The position numbers and the translations under genes were made by a program. Shown piece by piece: positions 60,701 to 64,000 of a stretch of DNA of 64,000 nucleotides (positions are counted from its first letter, which is position 1; each line of letters begins with the position of its first letter). Source of the DNA: a virus. The notes beneath the pieces are model-generated. The model was not told the origin of the DNA, did not search any database, and was given only the letters and a program-made list of their open reading frames with translations. The DNA lies in IMG/VR virus record IMGVR_UViG_3300045988_180769, positions 1 through 64,000 of that record; one strand, 5' to 3'.

Positions 60701-63002
60701 GATTCGTCACTACATATGTATATGTTCCATTTCCCAACATCACTGATGTAACTCCATTGACATTAGTGATCGCTGTCTCTCCATTGATTGATAATTGTGC
60801 TCCTTGAATGAAATTTCCATTCTCAATATCTCTAACTGTCAATCTAAAAGTATAATATGCCTTTCCTAACTTTACAATCTGTGATATTGACTCTCCATCT
60901 ACAACCAGTCTATTGGAATAAGTCATGTATCCTGTTTTGAAAATAGAATAATCATAAATACCATCAGGTAAACTAATAATTGCAACACCATTTTCATCTG
61001 CAATATATGTTGCATTATTTATCGAAACAGTAGCTCCAGGAATAACTGTTTCAGTCTCTTCATCTAATATCGTGAATTTGATTTCATAAGGAACTGCAGC
61101 CATTTCAATCACAACGCAGTTTGGTTCTTCACCAACTACTGTAATGTTTTGAGTTTTCCTTTGATATCCCTCTTTTAATACAGTTACTTCGTAATTACCA
61201 ACCTCAAGTCCTATTTCAGCCTGTCCTTCTTCGTTGGTTACTTCGTTTTGATTGACTACAGAAATATTCGCTTGTGGAACATAAACACTTCTTGTTCTAT
61301 CTATCACTGCAAAACTTACTGTAAGTGTTTCTAAAAACATTCTTTCGAATATTTCTAATGGTTGATTTTCAACTGTCAGAACACTTTCAATTGTTTTAAA
61401 TCCAGCCTTAGTTATTGTATAACTATATGTTCCAGGTTCGAGCTCAACTTTTGCTATTCCATCAGGATCTGTTGTTATTGTATAAATACCAACATTTATC
61501 GAAGCACCTTCCATTGGCGCGTTTCCTTCGTAAACAGTAAATACGACTTCATAAGGAGTCGCTGTAAAATCATTTACTGTTACAAAAACAGGACCATTTA
61601 ATACAACAAATTCACCAGTCTTTTGAGTCCAATTTGCTTTTGTTAAGCTAAAACTATATTCACCATTTTCGAGAAGAATATTCGCTGTTCCATTAGCATC
61701 TGTGATAATTACTTTATTACCTATTGTAATGTAAGCACCAGGAACTGGAATATTTTTTAAATTTGTTACAGTAAAAGATACAAGATATTTTTGAGATACA
61801 ATAGTTGTTTGTGTTCCTTTATAAATGTCATTATCACTCGCAGGATAAAAGATGTTCGAAAGATCAGAACCAGAATCATATAAAATATTCCCTTCCAGAT
61901 CTCTCATTCTAAATCCTTTGATTCTTGGTAACATATTCAAAGGTACTTCTTCATCATAATAGGGAAAGAAATATTCATCAGGAACATACTTAACACCATC
62001 TGATGATTTCACTACTTGTAAAAGATCGTCCCACTGAACAGTTTTTCCTGGCTCCCAAAATCTAAAATCCAAATATTTGGTCATTGCAATTTGAATATTC
62101 TTTCTTACATCTGCAATGTCTGTATCAGGATAAAGTTCAACTCTAAAGTCTACACCTTCTTCTCCACCAACATACATCCATTTTGCATTCTCAAGAACAA
62201 CACCAATTGTTTCTCCTGACAAATTTAATTCTGTTAAACCAAAATAAGGAGTTGCTTGTTCGAGGAGTGTTTCAAGTTCGTCATCAGTAAAAAACGATCC
62301 ATTCTGTGTAACAAGATAGATATGTGTTTTACCATCCTCACCAAGTCCAACATTCATCACTCTCAAAATTCTACTATCTAAATCCTGGAATATTTGTGTC
62401 CAAGATTCCATTGTTTCTTCTGAAAGCTTATTGTTGTAATTTATAATTCTGTTTCTAAATGTCTCATCATCCTCATAATCACGACCTCCAATAGCTGCAT
62501 ATTCATTTGTACACTCAATATGTGTCAATGGTCTTGGAGATACTTGAGTTATACTGTTTGCTTCTACATTAGTTGCTGAACCAGTAATAACACTCTTTAC
62601 ACTTACATATCCATATCCTGAATTATCAACTGTATAAGCCTGATCAACAATAAATCGTATACCATTCTTTGAAATGAAATATGTTCCAACTGCATAAATT
62701 GTTCCAGGTTGTGCAAAAACTCGTACATAAGTAGATGATCCTAAAGCCTGTTTTCTTGGACTTACACCAAACAATGCTGCAGACTTATCCAGATAATCTC
62801 CAGTCGCTGATTTTGGAAATATCTGCGCTTCTACGATACTAATGTCTTTAAGTGCTTTTTGTGCAACCTTTGCTGTACCAAAAGCAACTCCATTCAAGAT
62901 CGATCCATCAGCAATGTTGGACACCTTATCTGTCTTATTTAAAAACATTTCGATCCACAAGTTTTTTAAATTTGCGATCGTACTACTTGTTTTTGTAATC
63001 AT
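51702..63002 (-). CDS. giant baseplate-J-like::fiber fusion protein (3766 aa)
   Basis: Uninterrupted 11.3-kb ORF. The N-terminal ~390 aa are baseplate J/gp6-like (GSILNGVAFGTAKVAQKAL...FPKSATGDYLDKSAALFGV). These are followed by several families of tandem beta-sandwich repeats and a ~600-aa unique C-terminal domain. Confidence 0.85.
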   Translation of the reverse strand: MITKTSSTIANLKNLWIEMFLNKTDKVSNIADGSILNGVAFGTAKVAQKALKDISIVEAQIFPKSATGDYLDKSAALFGVSPRKQALGSSTYVRVFAQPGTIYAVGTYFISKNGIRFIVDQAYTVDNSGYGYVSVKSVITGSATNVEANSITQVSPRPLTHIECTNEYAAIGGRDYEDDETFRNRIINYNNKLSEETMESWTQIFQDLDSRILRVMNVGLGEDGKTHIYLVTQNGSFFTDDELETLLEQATPYFGLTELNLSGETIGVVLENAKWMYVGGEEGVDFRVELYPDTDIADVRKNIQIAMTKYLDFRFWEPGKTVQWDDLLQVVKSSDGVKYVPDEYFFPYYDEEVPLNMLPRIKGFRMRDLEGNILYDSGSDLSNIFYPASDNDIYKGTQTTIVSQKYLVSFTVTNLKNIPVPGAYITIGNKVIITDANGTANILLENGEYSFSLTKANWTQKTGEFVVLNGPVFVTVNDFTATPYEVVFTVYEGNAPMEGASINVGIYTITTDPDGIAKVELEPGTYSYTITKAGFKTIESVLTVENQPLEIFERMFLETLTVSFAVIDRTRSVYVPQANISVVNQNEVTNEEGQAEIGLEVGNYEVTVLKEGYQRKTQNITVVGEEPNCVVIEMAAVPYEIKFTILDEETETVIPGATVSINNATYIADENGVAIISLPDGIYDYSIFKTGYMTYSNRLVVDGESISQIVKLGKAYYTFRLTVRDIENGNFIQGAQLSINGETAITNVNGVTSVMLGNGTYTYVVTNPNYKRYTGTVTIKDQDVVETIYIQIRDTEVTFIATDQLTGEVIEGVNIDLVNKGTMEKVTSGVTNALGQVTLSAEADDYTWTATHKWYISVTQDVTLEKLKDIEVPFTMKRKDINTEVDLTEFIPGVSGDEDTVKVSGVKSVEALGNDGFYYVLRMPESILVPNSAISFDMRDLVQTFRRPEDGGLNVEYDWLLLGGARLDINIIPIPSPFATLEGTQINVAENVELKRDATPRECYIDLTVTTEVSQSTGNIKLTQQKSSRFMPVKSGLKVTAKNTVDGTTKQYTTNENGAIFPDITPGVSYEFTITEAGFYTNNGLFIMSWNFEGNFPVDMQITASKQLELRVKQANTLRPLEGAEIVVTGMSLDQTVTSGSDGSAKVYITPLTMGYTCTFPDHNVLTGTFTPPLTNDYIDLVLTYEQITFNLTVSNTVPYNHVAESCPVTVSSTWGGTPSQQYTFTGTTNANGVLNTLGNGTFNIPPGNYKITVGDANGNYEVATKDIYLPTEKTTSIIATRRSFSITATVKEILPLISSTANPVKAGLVLACYYNENGTSSGPNVTTNASGQFTKTIYAGLPERFEVQPVVFYEGNGAVVKLNNTDAKTPILTYTCSKRIPVYVTSDQYGELTGATVVFKGMSVDQTQTTDSDGIVYMYLSPISMNYTVSAQYYDTTTLTFTPTGSETRMDITLKAQVFPVTFNVSTGGIIAPEGIIVRITNEDKSTLVYEGTTDVNGLTIIPDVFTGNYSYAVLAGEITTGTFFHPQTSTGTVIDVEVKYELINAGIQVSEIFGSNGSAYLADQTLTMTSKAGEITITLDENGYANMTLIKTLPYTFTTDAYPNFYSNPTQTYTWTEDGYIWPMNLNVSAQITFNVKDQYAGTNLQGATVTWNSQQVTTNASGNAVLYRSALTKDYSVDDSGYDTKQGTITPTTTSPVNVLLYRIKQTVTISVAEVIPGVTGSFAYNGMTINYTSAAGNGTLTLSATGTASFDAYLGIPISFAVVLHPEFYSNPTQSHTYTAAGQSFAMNLTCSAKITIKAITDIYVTDPNLGGATVTYFNQTGTAASDGTVSLYRSGLTQGLSVSNGSYFNPYSGTITAAQTSPLTVTLTRIAVTALLTVNETISGTNYPLANSKITISRPGITGSSHDLNANGQLVSGTYYLGISYTFVPTNYSNYYSNASQAHTFTASGQSWVMNLTCSANVVVNVKSNIPASTNIQGASVSYFHQTKTTDASGNATFLRSGLNQSLSSSATYFDTLSTTLTAAQSSPFNITMIRATTPIVLKVVETIPGVTGTFAYAGKTIKWTAGSSTGNITTDSSGNVSFSGILGTAITFSVTENTDFYSNPSQSFTYTSEGQSQTMSLTCAKQIVVNTKVNVPTGNVAANMSVTYFNQTKTTDASGNASFYRSGLDKSITVGDSSYINGYSGTILSTSASPFNIVLTRKTATVTLQVVERYPGATTDYSYPNRPITVSPLTSGSSVTLNANSTVSFTAYLGTPTTFTVQEAPSWYSNPTQTYTFTAANQTFKMTLNITARITFNIKSNIPSGTNLSGANVTFFGQAGVTDSSGNVSFYRGVPGREYQVSATYHTGTSGQIGSGTTGTVNVVLSRLSANVTLSVQEATLVHSGYCLEIATAASGSTSPGLGGFTYSFPTAANKEYVAYFYAKVPTGYSISFHTNAIGDSAVSRWLTGTAGTGDWGLYMYYIRTYSTGTFSSTFFFVLQGTTRPVAWQLGLATVYDITGNNFTSSTAGTIIQRACTYDKMVSRHSDYSFQNGNNNITIYNNSGGSAVTLTRKATPSNGSYNPVSVYPSKKMTFTPAASTSPLTLDTAGNVTFACYLGTPITFGVVDYRNYYSNPDNAITFTSSGQVALISLKCNNSIRVNVVSNVPASTVLPGANLVYFGQKETTTSEGYVFFYRSGLDKPLTGTATYFNPYSGTVTAAQTSPYTITMLRTTVTVTLTVNEVIGSNSYRLASTVMSRTSTGGNADLTLDGNGQKSNTVYAGLVYTYTPKNYASYYSNATQTHTWTTEGEGWTMNLTASTRITFNVKSKNYGGNLSGVTLTMLGQTGTTDSSGNVSLLRSGCAVTRTYSYSKTNYVSGSAQLAAGTASPVNIILSEATSSITITIKDVYQGVIKGNTNGCPVTLTNTTLSTITFSGSTNSSGQVSFGPMITGTYIVRWGGGTSYWVAGSANINMPTAASTHNASRLTRSIGSFFRIKYGSALGWWAINTYMKPVYTTAGTATTVTLSNSEAVSYLGTYTWIAGIATTVVAKVANYFVTGATTTETPYVITPTYNFSNVPTAESNAFTSVAIKTIVVTVQNSLTNAAVSGATIKMYGLNGSNAISGAFSGGYAPQTVTTNASGQATVYVSGLTNRYQVSASKYDSLETTNANTTNFTIKLVPSEATITFNVVREDNTSLVAANCAVKLSTNKSTINYSGTTNSAGTVSIVIRPGAYYLQLGGLVTGWGTGASSGDYPVTTTYPAVWNFNIDQSVQVRAMYIGNNGWVQKVYDYAAGNQYSYGRYTGIGPSYNPYYSQPSNSSAYVVPLDYNNLPSNKIPSVGCANFYSSRGFFNLGQFDMAAVNTSNIGQYSEQLSLSMYDQNIMKSKVIFHEISSQTSGAWGTFEKCILYMFTASPQESLPKIAIATFTLMYNINHQQCLSRLIINTTFGTSSNPNNYFSNFGCLNSYSCIGGVVLGHNTVESGEIIISPSFEPKSFVATLHNYVPSNTLINMSGSVNTTTSYYKFMKAYEDNTYFVTLALGLDQASALTAWKLSCIKYDRTLQVNNSTNYSYYDNQVSVIQANLGANCWINSNCTWMFFVPKGSPTLFGYAKGLYSYYYNGNVIINANGFIVDSQTYMNTEHTAFLRSQMASYYVQEIIFSKSGTKMILFISGTAGCFGALFQNTSYAEGNNPKSFSCWQYSDVEGVWKSLGGSGDKINMEGTYNQSVAGGLSEVYRPSVYEVLSWNGDSYISFAYPSYSNPAISGKLPTTFYGYKLIW
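54370..58380 (-). repeat. seven-copy tandem array of a two-domain unit of about 495 nt (about 165 aa) (approximate bounds)
   Basis: Each unit contains the [FY]YSN[PA][TSD]Q..T[FWY]T landmark, at about 58190, 57695, 57200, 56690, 56190, 55165 and 54680. The spacing is about 485-510 nt except for one 1025-nt gap that holds an insertion. Confidence 0.8.
60370..61800 (-). repeat. six tandem beta-sandwich repeats of about 78 aa (approximate bounds)
   Basis: Units begin YLVSFTVT, YEVVFTVY, TVSFAVID, YEIKFTIL, YTFRLTVR and EVTFIATD, each with a G[AT].[IV]...G....TD..G core. Confidence 0.8.
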
Positions 63003-63007
63003 AGCAA

Positions 63008-63910
63008 TTATATTGGAACATTAATTAAAAAATCTTCTTTTGTTACTGTAACAGCTTTCACTTTCATGAAAACACTATCGTCTTTTTTCACCAAATCAAT
63101 TAATTCAGCACTCGCCCATCTATTGTCTCTCTGGAACATATTCATCAATGCTTTAAAAATAATAGGGTATTGAATTGCATTGGTTGTTGTGCCTATAAAT
63201 TCATTGGGGAGTCCATAATCTTTAAATTCTGGAATGCAACCTTTTAGAGCTTCAAGTACAATTGTTAAGGCCTGATCCATCGATTCGTGATACTTAATTG
63301 CTCTCAAATCATTATTCTCAAAACTAAAGTTCATATCTATATCTTTCCCAAGAATATTTTGATCCACAAGAGTATCAACTACATTATCAACATAATTCAC
63401 ACCCATGTTTTTCAAATTAACAAAGAAAGTATTACTACCTTCACCTGCCACATAATCCTCCTCAATTATATATTGAGGAATAGTTATATCCATCCAATCA
63501 TCTTCAGGTTCATTTGATTCCATTTGTTCAGAAACTGATTCAAATGTTTCTCCTGTCCTGAGTTGTTTGGCCATCTGTAATGTATTTGTTCTTCCAACTG
63601 TAGCACTTCTTAACCATCTGTCAGAGTTCTTTATCGTTAGAAGTTTTGTTTCAATCTCAGAAAAGTCTTCCAATAGCTCCCACATAGAAAGATCGTCCAA
63701 CTTATTTTCATGAAGTTGAAATAGTGGCTCGATTATTCTTACTTGTGAAATGAGTTTATCTAATTCATGGAATGACTTTGCATCTATTTCTCCTCCCTGA
63801 TAATAATCAACAATGTAAGGATAGTAGTTGTTGCAAAAGTCTACATATGATTGGAAAAACTCTTTTATGTTATAACCAGTCACTGATTTGAATTTTTCAA
63901 ACATATCCAT
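63008..63910 (-). CDS. hypothetical protein, probable baseplate component
   Basis: 300-aa ORF immediately upstream of the baseplate-J-like gene. The call is by position only. Confidence 0.65.
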   Translation of the reverse strand: MDMFEKFKSVTGYNIKEFFQSYVDFCNNYYPYIVDYYQGGEIDAKSFHELDKLISQVRIIEPLFQLHENKLDDLSMWELLEDFSEIETKLLTIKNSDRWLRSATVGRTNTLQMAKQLRTGETFESVSEQMESNEPEDDWMDITIPQYIIEEDYVAGEGSNTFFVNLKNMGVNYVDNVVDTLVDQNILGKDIDMNFSFENNDLRAIKYHESMDQALTIVLEALKGCIPEFKDYGLPNEFIGTTTNAIQYPIIFKALMNMFQRDNRWASAELIDLVKKDDSVFMKVKAVTVTKEDFLINVPI

Positions 63911-63912
63911 AG

Positions 63913-64000
63913 TTATAATATATTAGCGATTGATGCAGCTAAATCATTCACACCTTTTTGAACAACACCTGCTGCACAGATTTTTGTTAATGCTGTTTTT
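63913..64000 (-). CDS. hypothetical protein (last ~28 codons; 5' end beyond the window)
   Basis: Open frame ...KTALTKICAAGVVQKGVNDLAASIANIL with TAA at 63915-63913, 2 nt before the next ATG. Confidence 0.4.
   Translation of the reverse strand, partial: KTALTKICAAGVVQKGVNDLAASIANIL

Noticed and set aside
2020-63517. All plus-strand ORFs in the supplied track (60-161 aa; for example 2020..2259, 3783..4154, 13288..13719, 22198..22656, 29235..29720, 32304..32621)
   Set aside because: Every one lies antisense inside a longer minus-strand gene that has clear protein motifs. Their translations are low-complexity and rich in Phe, Leu, Ile, Ser and Cys, as expected from reading AT-rich genes backwards. 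None has a promoter-like motif or intergenic space.
1-64000. tRNA, rRNA, CRISPR arrays, integrase or attachment sites, lysogeny regulators
   Set aside because: Intergenic gaps are all under 300 nt, and none shows cloverleaf-compatible arms or a GTTCGAATC-like T-loop. There are no regularly spaced direct repeats outside coding repeats. No ORF has tyrosine or serine recombinase motifs.

Overview
AT-rich 64 kb window. Every credible gene is on the minus strand, about 65 tightly packed and often overlapping ORFs. All plus-strand ORFs in the track lie antisense inside longer minus-strand genes. The content is a segment of a large virulent dsDNA phage genome. Coordinates 1-9.9 kb hold small early-type genes, several bracketed by their own promoter-like motif and hairpin terminator, plus a DpdA-like DNA transglycosylase locus. 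Coordinates 9.9-44.7 kb hold replication, recombination and nucleotide genes: UvrD-like and SNF2 helicases, RNase H, NAD-dependent ligase, RuvC-like resolvase, SbcD-RecA-SbcC, a gp32-like SSB, a two-piece DNA polymerase III alpha, folE-queE-queD, MazG, primase, DnaB-like helicase and a DnaQ-like exonuclease. The large terminase gene sits among these genes. Coordinates 44.8-64 kb hold virion genes, dominated by two giant repeat-rich baseplate/fiber genes of 1812 and 3766 codons. Mobile-element load is high. Three LAGLIDADG inteins each interrupt the P-loop of an ATPase (UvrD-like, SNF2, TerL). There are also two clearly paralogous free-standing HNH genes and one further HNH-like gene. A recurring intergenic motif fits the Bacteroidota promoter architecture (TTG, about 20 nt, then TATCTTTAG on the coding strand). 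Starts lack Shine-Dalgarno sequences, and one fiber protein has a BspA-type leucine-rich-repeat C-terminus. Together these suggest a Bacteroidota (possibly Flavobacteriia) host; this is inference only. I saw no tRNA, rRNA, CRISPR array, integrase or lysogeny genes. All protein calls rest on motifs read by eye, not on database searches.
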